Of a stretch of DNA of 64,000 nucleotides, positions 56,586 through 64,000 are shown piece by piece. The position numbers and the translations under genes were made by a program. Each line of letters starts with the position of its first letter. Positions within the stretch are counted from its first letter, which is position 1. Origin of the DNA: Minisyncoccota bacterium (lineage in GTDB: Bacteria > Patescibacteriota > Minisyncoccia > Phycocordibacterales > CSBR16-193); assembly GCA_040905715.1 (NCBI GenBank), contig JBBDRA010000003.1, positions 71,075 to 135,074 of the forward strand, in the 5' to 3' direction. Below the pieces are notes generated by a model. The model saw only the letters and a program-made list of their open reading frames with translations, was not told the origin of the DNA and made no database searches.

Positions 56586-59081
56586 ATGGTACGTATTCCT
56601 TTACTTTCTCGATTGATCGATTCTTCAGCCGCTCGAACTGAGCCCTCACCGCACGCAGGGCAAGCACTAACCCTGGTATCTCGTGGTATTCTGATCGGAC
56701 TTATATTCCTTCTGCCGTTGTTTTTTGTACCTTCCGCGTTGGTAACATTCCCTTTCTCAAAAATATTATTGGGTGAGGTGTTCGTCATTCTTGCTTTCAT
56801 TCTCTATCTGATCACGGTTTTGCGGCGCGGTGAGTTCTCGTACCCTCGACACATCGCTCTGCTGGCTATTCCGACAGTAGTTGTTGCGTACTTGCTTGCA
56901 TCCCTCTTCAGTAGTACGCCTGCTCACTCATTGTTCGGGTATGGGTTTGAGCCGACAGCGTTTAGCTTTATTCTGGTGCTATTCCTGCTTCTGTTCCTTG
57001 TCGTTCAGTTGTTCCAAACAAAAGAACATATTTTTTACGCATATCTTGCGTTCTTCGGCGCCTTCATTCTTCTAGGCGTTTTTCACCTACTTCGTTTTAT
57101 TGGCGGCCCGGATCTTTTGTCGTTCGGAATTTTCCCTTCAATGGCGTCAAACACTATTGGTAGTTGGAATGATCTCACAGCCTTTTTTGCGGTGGGTACT
57201 TTGCTGTCACTCGTTACGCTTGAGGAGCTTCGCCTTCGAACTGCGTTTAGGAGCGTGATCTACGTTGTTTTCGGTGTTTCTCTCGTGTTCCTCATTATAG
57301 GTAATTCTGCTGTCGTCTGGTACGTTCTCGGCTCGATCTCGCTGCTTTATCTGATCTATGCATTTTTGATGCGAGACAGTTCAGTAGAAAGCGAGACGGA
57401 CTCGACCGGACCACGTGTTAGCGTGAACGCATTGATCGTATTGATCATTTCGGTCCTATTCGTGCTTGTTGGAGGATCGATCGGCGACAGCGTGTCACAG
57501 TACTTGGGCATTTCAACATTTGATGTTCGTCCGTCATGGACAGCAACATTTAATGTTGCCCGAAGCACGCTTTCCGATTCTCCGATCGTTGGAGCGGGTC
57601 CTAACCACTTCTCATATGAGTGGAATAATTTCAAGCCTGATGGTGTAAACGAAACACAGTATTGGAACACCGAGTTCAACTACGGTGTTGGTCTTGTTCC
57701 GACATTTCTTGTGACCACAGGCCTTCTGGGTGCGCTCGCTTGGATATTCTTCTTGGGCACAATCGGCTATCTCACAATTCGCACGCTCTTCCGTGTTAAT
57801 TTGGCTCCGCTGAACAGGTACCTTACTCTTTCGTCCGGCGCTGTTACCATCTTTCTCTGGTCCATGGCGATCGTGTCGGTTCCGGGTACGGTGATGATCG
57901 CCATAACATTTGTGTTTACAGGTCTTTTCCTTGGATCTGTAGTTGGCAATGGAGTTGTAGATAAACATCTTCTTAAATTCTCAGCTTATCCGCGAGCCGG
58001 ATTTGTTGCAGTCCTTGTTCTCGTATTACTGTTACTGTCCTCGGTCGTGTTCGGGTATGTTCTCGGTCAGAAAACTGTTGCATCAGTATTCTTCCAACGC
58101 AGCTCCCTCGCTGCCGGTGAAGGAGAGCTTGAAAACTCAGATCAACTCATGAGACAGGCTATTCAGTTAGATGAGAACGACATATACTACCGTAGTCTCT
58201 CTCGCATCAATATTGCACAAGCAAATACGCTTGTGGCTGAGGCTGGAAATGATGGATTTTCAAATCAGCAGGAAGCTGAGTTTACGCAAAACTTCCAGGA
58301 CGCCATCGTTGCAGGTGAGATCGCGACTCAAGTGAAGCCGATTGACGCACAGAATTGGTCAGCACTCAGTGGGATCTTTCACCAAGCTGTTCAGTACGGT
58401 ATCGACGGCGCTTATGATCGGGCAGATCAAGCTCTTGCAGAAGCGATCGAACGAAATCCAAAGAGTCCGGCCCTTCGGCTTCAGCGCGCTCGTCTTGAGA
58501 TAGCGAATGAGGATCTTCAGGCCGCTCGAACATATATCGCGGAAGCACGAGAGTTAAAATCAAACTACACAGAAGCGATCTTCCTTCTTGCTCAGATCGA
58601 AGCGTCCGAGGGTAATATCGCAGAGGCTATCGCACAGACTGAGCAGGTAGCGAACCTGGCACCACGTGACGCAGGATTACTCTTCCAGCTTGGATTACTC
58701 TATTACCAGGACGAGAATTATTCAGGTGCCGTACAGGCTCTTGAACGAGCAACGGAGCTTGTAGAGGGATACGCAAACGCTCAATACTTCCTGGGGCTCA
58801 GTCAGTACCGCCTAGGAGATACCGAAGAAGCGATCGCACTGTTTGAGGAGCTTATAGAAACAAATCCAGACAATAGCGACCTACAGCAGATCCTTACGAA
58901 CATGCGAAATAATTTCCCACTCTTTGAGGGTGTAAGTGATCCTATCAGCGATCAGGTAGATAGTGATGCAGAACTCCCGGTAGAGGAGACTTCTCCTGAA
59001 GAGGGTACAAGCGAAGCGAACATTAGCGAAGACGAGGTTGTCGAGGGTGCTGATGCCGAAGGGGGGACAGATGAAGAGTAG
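56586..59081 (+). CDS. O-antigen ligase/polymerase-like polytopic membrane protein with C-terminal TPR repeats and an acidic tail (paralog of 34800-37052)
   Basis: It has about 12 TM helices and the motif 'GAGPNHFSYEWNNF…NTEFNYGVGLVPTFLVTTGLLG', analogous to the Wzy_C motif region of the 34.8-kb gene. The C-terminus carries TPR-like repeats and a D/E-rich end. Confidence 0.45.
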   Translation: MVRIPLLSRLIDSSAARTEPSPHAGQALTLVSRGILIGLIFLLPLFFVPSALVTFPFSKILLGEVFVILAFILYLITVLRRGEFSYPRHIALLAIPTVVVAYLLASLFSSTPAHSLFGYGFEPTAFSFILVLFLLLFLVVQLFQTKEHIFYAYLAFFGAFILLGVFHLLRFIGGPDLLSFGIFPSMASNTIGSWNDLTAFFAVGTLLSLVTLEELRLRTAFRSVIYVVFGVSLVFLIIGNSAVVWYVLGSISLLYLIYAFLMRDSSVESETDSTGPRVSVNALIVLIISVLFVLVGGSIGDSVSQYLGISTFDVRPSWTATFNVARSTLSDSPIVGAGPNHFSYEWNNFKPDGVNETQYWNTEFNYGVGLVPTFLVTTGLLGALAWIFFLGTIGYLTIRTLFRVNLAPLNRYLTLSSGAVTIFLWSMAIVSVPGTVMIAITFVFTGLFLGSVVGNGVVDKHLLKFSAYPRAGFVAVLVLVLLLLSSVVFGYVLGQKTVASVFFQRSSLAAGEGELENSDQLMRQAIQLDENDIYYRSLSRINIAQANTLVAEAGNDGFSNQQEAEFTQNFQDAIVAGEIATQVKPIDAQNWSALSGIFHQAVQYGIDGAYDRADQALAEAIERNPKSPALRLQRARLEIANEDLQAARTYIAEARELKSNYTEAIFLLAQIEASEGNIAEAIAQTEQVANLAPRDAGLLFQLGLLYYQDENYSGAVQALERATELVEGYANAQYFLGLSQYRLGDTEEAIALFEELIETNPDNSDLQQILTNMRNNFPLFEGVSDPISDQVDSDAELPVEETSPEEGTSEANISEDEVVEGADAEGGTDEE

Positions 59082-59163
59082 TCTCTACGACGTTTTGCTA
59101 TATCCTCGGTGAGTTGACATGATGCATGGATAACGTACCGTGTTTAACGCGGCGTAGTTAAAT

Positions 59164-60852
59164 ATGGTCACTAAACTTATCCAATTCATTCATAGAGAAG
59201 TGGCTGGCATCCATCAGGCTGCTTACGTCCTCGGTGTATTTGCTTTGAGCTCGCAGTTGCTGGGGCTTCTTCGGGACAGGTTGCTCGCCGGTCTTTTTGG
59301 AGCAAGTCGAACACTGGATGTGTACTATGCGGCATTTCGTATACCTGATCTACTGTTCCTTACGGTCGCCTCGATCGTATCGCTTTCGGTATTGCTACCG
59401 TTTTTCGTTGAGCGTCTCGAGCGTGATCGTGAGACGGCAAAGATCTTTCTTGATCGAGTCTTCTCTATCTTCTTCCTAACGGTTTCTGTGCTCAGCATTG
59501 TTGCGTTCTTTGCTATGCCGTATGTGTTGCCGCTAATATTTCCGGGATTTGCAGGAAGCGACCTAGCACAAGCGATCAGTCTTAGTCGTCTCCTCCTTCT
59601 CTCACCTATCTTGTTGGGGATCTCAAATTTGTTGGCGGCAGTAACTCAGGCCCACCAGCGCTTTTTATTGTATGCAATTAGCCCACTCCTGTACAACCTC
59701 GGGATCATTGCCGGTGGGATCGCTGTATTCTTTGAGCCGTCGCTGGGCATAACCGGAGTAGTGTATGGAGTATTATTCGGAGCGGTATTGCACCTGGTGG
59801 TTCAGGTGCCGTTCGTGATCTCAAAAGGGTTTTTGCCACGTTTTACATTCTCCTGGAATACCCCCGAGATCTGGAGAGTCTTATTTTACTCAGCACCTCG
59901 GCGTATCGCGCTTTCGATCAACCACATTGCCATTATCTTTCTAATATCGATCGCTTCGCTTATGGCTGAAGGGTCGATCGCGATCTTCCAATTCTCGTTT
60001 AACCTTCAATCAGTCTCGCTTTCTATTATTGGAGCGAGTTATTCTGTAGCGGCATTTCCGGCATTAACTCGATTGTTTGCAAAAGGTGACATGCAAACAT
60101 TTCTTCAGCAGTTTACGACCGCAGCCCGTCATATCGTTTTTTGGGCGCTTCCGCTTACCGCGCTCTTTATTGTTTTACGTGCCCAGATCGTTCGAACAAT
60201 ACTTGGTAGCGGTAGTTTTGATTGGGCTGACACTCGTTTAACCGCTGCCGCTTTGGCACTTTTTATAATTTCACTTGTGTTCCAGGCGCTTATGCTTCTG
60301 TTTGTGCGAGGTTATTTTGCGGTTGGCAATACGCGTACTCCATTTTTGATTAATATTACTTCAGGCGCGGTAATGGTCGTGAGCGCATTCGGCCTCTGGT
60401 ATCTGTTTGAAGCAAGCGTGCTATTTAGAACGGTTCTGGGCACAGCGTTGCGGGTGACAGATCTCGACGGGATCATTGTATTGGTTCTTCCGCTTGCTTA
60501 CACTCTTGGATTTCTATTAAATGGTGTGCTGTTGTGGTTCTGGTTTGAGCGTGATTTCGGGCATAGCTTGAAGGGTGTTTTTTCGTCTTTTTGGCAAAGT
60601 TTGGCTGGCGCTGTTCTCACCGGTCTAACCGCCTACGGATCTCTTCAGGTATTAAGCGGATTCTTTGATCTTAATACGTTCTTGGGTATCTTTCTCCAGG
60701 GCGCATGTGCCGGTTTGGTTGGCGCAAGTGCCGGCCTTGGTGTATTGTGGTTACTTGGATCTAGTGAACTCAATGAGCTGTGGAGCTCTCTTTCGCGTCG
60801 ATTTGGGCGGAAAAATGTCGTTGCGAGCGGGACAGACACGCTGGAGAACTAA
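59164..60852 (+). CDS. murJ: Lipid II flippase MurJ (MviN)
   Basis: The MurJ N-terminal signature is 'SSQLLGLLRDRLLAGLFGASRTLDVYYAAFRIPDLLF', and it has 14 TM helices. Confidence 0.8.
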   Translation: MVTKLIQFIHREVAGIHQAAYVLGVFALSSQLLGLLRDRLLAGLFGASRTLDVYYAAFRIPDLLFLTVASIVSLSVLLPFFVERLERDRETAKIFLDRVFSIFFLTVSVLSIVAFFAMPYVLPLIFPGFAGSDLAQAISLSRLLLLSPILLGISNLLAAVTQAHQRFLLYAISPLLYNLGIIAGGIAVFFEPSLGITGVVYGVLFGAVLHLVVQVPFVISKGFLPRFTFSWNTPEIWRVLFYSAPRRIALSINHIAIIFLISIASLMAEGSIAIFQFSFNLQSVSLSIIGASYSVAAFPALTRLFAKGDMQTFLQQFTTAARHIVFWALPLTALFIVLRAQIVRTILGSGSFDWADTRLTAAALALFIISLVFQALMLLFVRGYFAVGNTRTPFLINITSGAVMVVSAFGLWYLFEASVLFRTVLGTALRVTDLDGIIVLVLPLAYTLGFLLNGVLLWFWFERDFGHSLKGVFSSFWQSLAGAVLTGLTAYGSLQVLSGFFDLNTFLGIFLQGACAGLVGASAGLGVLWLLGSSELNELWSSLSRRFGRKNVVASGTDTLEN

Positions 60853-60961
60853 TAAACTGCAAATGTGCGGTCAATGCACGTAACTGGATGTCAGGTAGCT
60901 ATTTCATGGGTAAAAAGTTCGATTTTTGTAAAGGAAGTGTTAGTGTAGAAGGGTATTCATT

Positions 60962-62782
60962 ATGGAACATAGTCAGATCAGAAATTTTAGTATTATAGCT
61001 CACATTGATCACGGCAAGTCTACGCTTGCCGATAGAATGCTCGAACTCACTCACAGTGTTGAAGATAGGCGCATGCAGGATCAGGTTCTTGACTCGATGG
61101 AGCTTGAACGAGAGCGAGGCATTACCATAAAAATGCAGCCGGTTAGAATGGCGTATTCCTCGGATCGTTCAGGAAAAAAAGAGTCATATATTTTGAATTT
61201 GATTGATACCCCGGGGCATATTGATTTTTCGTACGAAGTATCACGAGCAATGAAGGCTGTAGAAGGAGCGATCATGTTGGTAGATGCAACTCAAGGAGTT
61301 CAGGCGCAGACACTGACAACGCTTCATATGGCGCAGGATCTTGGTTTGGTTATTATCCCGGTTCTCTCTAAGGTCGACTCTGATCTTGCGCGTATTGACG
61401 AGGTAAAGCTCGAAGTCGCTGAGCTTCTTGACTGTTCTCCCGATGACGTGATCGAGACATCCGGAAAGACCGGGGCAGGTGTGGCTGAACTTCTTGAAGA
61501 AGTAGTTGAGCGCGTGCCGGCGCCTGAGATAACTGACGAGAAATCACTCAAGGCGCTCGTGTTTGATTTTGAGTACTCGAATCATCGCGGTGTTATTGTG
61601 TATGTACGATTGTACTCAGGTAAGGTGAGTGCAAAAGATGATCTGCAATTTCAGGTAGCAAATGAGCGCTTTGGCGCAAATGAGGTTGGTGTGTTCACTC
61701 CACAGCTCCTTGCAGCGGATTCGCTGTCAGCCGGCGAGATCGGCTACATTGTGACCGGTATCAAGGAGCCTGGTATTGCCTCAGTAGGTGATACGATCGC
61801 TCGGGCCGGTGATTCGACTCCGGTGCTGGATGGGTATCAAAACCCGGCTCCGGTGGTCTGGGCATCGATCTTTCCGGAAAGCCAAGATGACTTTGATTAT
61901 GTGCGCCGCGCGCTAGATCGGCTGAAACTTGAGGATTCCTCGCTTTCCTTTGAAGAAGAAAGTTCCCGCGTGCTTGGCCGCGGCTTTCGATGCGGGTTTT
62001 TGGGGATGCTTCATCTTGAGATTGTTACCGAACGATTGAAGCGTGATTTCGATTGTGCTGTTATAACAACGGCTCCAAGCACGACGTACGAGATAGAGTA
62101 TGTGGACGGTACGACTGATACCATTTACACGCCGTCCGAATTTCCTGAAGGTCAAGAAGTAAAGACTGTCTACGAGCCCGTCGTCTCACTAACAATAATC
62201 ACTCCACCGGAGTATATCGGCAATGTTACTCAGATCTTATATGAACATGAAGCCACAACAGGTTCCTCGGATAATTTTGGTGATAACCGAACTGCTATCA
62301 AAGCAATAATGCCGCTTCGAGAACTTATGCGGGGCTTCTTTGATGACGTGAAGCGTGTGTCGGCCGGATATGCGTCAGTTTCGTATGAGGTGGGTGAGCG
62401 AGCACAGGCAGATGTAGTGCGTATGGATGTGCTGGTGGCAGAAGAGGAGGTGCCGGCCTTAACACGCATTATATCCCGACAAAAGGTTGAGCATGAGGCG
62501 CGGCAGGTGGTTGATCAACTTTATACTATACTGCCTCGACAGATGTTCACGACAAAAATTCAAGCGCGCTCGGCCGGGCGAATCATTGCGTCAAAGACAC
62601 TCTCGGCGCTTAAAAAAGACGTGACCGCGAAGCTCTACGGTGGCGATATTACTCGTAAGCAAAAACTGTGGAAGAAGCAAAAGGAGGGGAAGAAGAAAAT
62701 GCGTTCCCAGGGCAAGGTGAATATACCTCACGAAGTATTCTTGAAAATGATGCGTCAGCAAAATTCGCCTGATTCTTCCTAA
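60962..62782 (+). CDS. lepA: Elongation factor 4 (LepA)
   Basis: The N-terminus 'IRNFSIIAHIDHGKSTLADRMLE' is LepA-like, with G-domain motifs and a LepA C-terminal domain. Confidence 0.9.
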   Translation: MEHSQIRNFSIIAHIDHGKSTLADRMLELTHSVEDRRMQDQVLDSMELERERGITIKMQPVRMAYSSDRSGKKESYILNLIDTPGHIDFSYEVSRAMKAVEGAIMLVDATQGVQAQTLTTLHMAQDLGLVIIPVLSKVDSDLARIDEVKLEVAELLDCSPDDVIETSGKTGAGVAELLEEVVERVPAPEITDEKSLKALVFDFEYSNHRGVIVYVRLYSGKVSAKDDLQFQVANERFGANEVGVFTPQLLAADSLSAGEIGYIVTGIKEPGIASVGDTIARAGDSTPVLDGYQNPAPVVWASIFPESQDDFDYVRRALDRLKLEDSSLSFEEESSRVLGRGFRCGFLGMLHLEIVTERLKRDFDCAVITTAPSTTYEIEYVDGTTDTIYTPSEFPEGQEVKTVYEPVVSLTIITPPEYIGNVTQILYEHEATTGSSDNFGDNRTAIKAIMPLRELMRGFFDDVKRVSAGYASVSYEVGERAQADVVRMDVLVAEEEVPALTRIISRQKVEHEARQVVDQLYTILPRQMFTTKIQARSAGRIIASKTLSALKKDVTAKLYGGDITRKQKLWKKQKEGKKKMRSQGKVNIPHEVFLKMMRQQNSPDSS

Positions 62783-62983
62783 GCAGGACAAAGAAACGTG
62801 GACTAATACATAGGAGCACCCGCGCTGAACGCAAAGATCATGCTCAGTATGACAAGAATAGCGAGTACAGCAAATGCGTACTTGATTCGTTTTTGATTTC
62901 CCGGATTAAACATCATAATACAGATATCATATCACCAATGAGCGTGTTGCCAAGTGTTTTTCTGTGCATGATATACTGTTTCT

Positions 62984-63373
62984 ATGAGTAGCCGTCTTCA
63001 TTCAAAACGTCTTCTCAAACGGATTGTTTACTCAAAACCGTTTGTGATATTTTTGGTTATAGTAACGGCGTTTTCCTTGAAGGCTGCTTGGGGGGCGTAT
63101 CAGAAAATGAGTGAGAGCGGGGAGCGGGTCGCGATCGCCCAGGCAGAAAAGCAAGAGTTGCAGGAAGAGCGGGAAGTTATCAGCGAGAACCTTGAGCGCC
63201 TGCAGACACGGCGAGGGATAGAGGAGGAGCTTCGCAAGAAGTATAGTCTGACGAAAGAAGGGGAGGAAATGGTGGTCATTGTAGACAGTCAACCGGAACA
63301 AGTTGCTGAGGAGACAAAAGAGAAGTCGGTATTCGGTCAGATCTGGGGTGCGGTAGTTAACTTTTTTGATTGA
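62984..63373 (+). CDS. Septum formation initiator FtsB/DivIC-like protein
   Basis: It has one N-terminal TM helix, a coiled coil and a conserved C-terminal 'IEEELRKKYSLTKEGEEMVVIVD' resembling the FtsB 'ARE.LG…GE.V' motif. It is preceded by an extended -10 promoter (TGATATACT). Confidence 0.5.
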   Translation: MSSRLHSKRLLKRIVYSKPFVIFLVIVTAFSLKAAWGAYQKMSESGERVAIAQAEKQELQEEREVISENLERLQTRRGIEEELRKKYSLTKEGEEMVVIVDSQPEQVAEETKEKSVFGQIWGAVVNFFD

Positions 63374-63413
63374 CGATAAGAATGAATTTAAGTAGGTTTA
63401 AATGGGTTTTGCA

Positions 63414-63484
63414 GCGGATATAGTTCAGTGGCAGAACGGATGCTTCCCAAGCATCAGACGCGAGTTCGATTCTCGCTATCCGCA
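63414..63484 (+). tRNA. tRNA-Gly (anticodon CCC), CCA not encoded
   Basis: The fold gives acceptor GCGGATA/TATCCGC, a D-arm GTTCAGTGGCAGAAC, an anticodon stem GATGC/GCATC with loop TTCCCAA and a T-arm GCGAGTTCGATTCTCGC. Confidence 0.85.
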
Positions 63485-63523
63485 CAGGTGTGCATATTTT
63501 TATTTCAGTAAAATTCCTTACTA

Positions 63524-63596
63524 CTCCCCGTAGCTCAACTGGATAGAGCAGTCCCCTCCTAAGGGACCGATGTTGGTTCAAGTCCTGCCGGGGAGA
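63524..63596 (+). tRNA. tRNA-Arg (anticodon CCT), CCA not encoded
   Basis: The fold gives acceptor CTCCCCG/CGGGGAG, a D-arm GCTCAACTGGATAGAGC, an anticodon stem GTCCC/GGGAC with loop CTCCTAA and a T-loop TTCAAGT. Confidence 0.8.
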
Positions 63597-63645
63597 CAAG
63601 AGACAAAAGCAAATACAGCACCAGTTAGAAACTGATGCTGTATTA

Positions 63646-64000
63646 TTTTGGTGCCTGGGGGCGGACTCGGGGTCAGCTCACATCAATATTTTCGTGCGCT
63701 TCGCTTCGAAAATATTGTGTGCCCCCCCGGGGCTCGCCCGTCGTACTCGCTATCACTCCGTGCGACACGTCTCCGCCTTTCTCGTCCGCACAGAGGCGCA
63801 GCAGTGCGCCTTTTCTCCAGATACACAAAAACCGCCTCGCGGCGGCTTGTTTTGGTGCCTGGGGGCGGACAGAACATCTTGGAAACCCACGGTTTTCCAA
63901 CACTCCCTCCGGTCGCTGCCTTCCTCCACGGGGAGAAATACTTCTCCCCGACCCCCTCTTGGTTCGAGTCCGTCTACCACATAAAACAATACAGCACTAG
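63646..64000 (+). repeat. GC-rich tandem repeat (~204-bp period) whose copies begin with the identical 21-mer TTTTGGTGCCTGGGGGCGGAC; candidate structured ncRNA(s); runs off the window end
   Basis: The identical 21-mer sits at 63646-63666 and 63850-63870. Copy 1 holds an 11-bp hairpin (caatattttcg…cgaaaatattg), GGGG/CCCC long-range pairs and two terminator-like hairpins (63795-63816; 63832-63853). Confidence 0.45.

Noticed and set aside
63850-63990. Possible tRNA, tmRNA or 5S rRNA at the window end (GGTTCGAGTCC…ACCACA ending; TGCCTGGGGGCGG start).
   Set aside because: Manual folding fails. There is no acceptor complement for GTCTACC, and the 5S core motifs (CCGAAC, GGGAAC…GCCAGGCA) are absent. 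It is kept only as an unclassified repeat or candidate ncRNA.

Overview
This 64-kb window looks like chromosomal DNA from a small-genome bacterium. The 16S rRNA is highly divergent and most genes lack Shine-Dalgarno sites, which fits a Patescibacteria/CPR-like lineage, but that placement is low-confidence. Genes are densely packed and mostly on the + strand.

**Core content**
- Housekeeping genes: SEDS FtsW/RodA (5'-partial), SecD, SecF, SecA, MurD, MurC, MurB, MurJ, pyruvate kinase, Obg, GatB, LepA, an FtsB-like protein, a PgeF/YfiH-family protein, DedA, a DsbB/BdbC-like protein and an AI-2E transporter.
- RNA genes: one 16S rRNA with no 23S after it, four tRNAs (Ile-GAT, Leu-CAG, Gly-CCC, Arg-CCT) and an RNase P RNA.

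**Main accessory feature: a surface-glycan locus (about 23.3-40.0 kb)**
- A priming sugar transferase and an epimerase sit upstream at 0.8-3.1 kb.
- The locus itself carries two GT4 glycosyltransferases, a CgeB-like glycosyltransferase, a GT-D/DUF1792 glycosyltransferase, a Wzx flippase and a Wzy/O-antigen-ligase-like protein fused to TPR repeats.
- A seven-gene minus-strand block encodes three sulfotransferases and four SAM methyltransferases.
- The locus ends with a bifunctional ATP-sulfurylase/APS-kinase (PAPS synthase).
- Together these predict a sulfated, O-methylated glycoconjugate.

**Other notable regions**
- A protein cassette sits between the 16S rRNA and tRNA-Ile: a FlgM-like anti-sigma factor, a secreted GH108 muramidase and a translationally coupled 55-aa membrane protein.
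- A VirD4/TraG-like ATPase with a long disordered tail lies next to a ComEA-PKD-lamin-tail protein.
- An alpha-glucan cluster contains a GT4/GlgA-like protein, a GH57 and a GH15.
- A family of tRNA-5'-half-like repeats flanks both tRNA loci.
- A GC-rich tandem repeat or candidate ncRNA sits at the window end.
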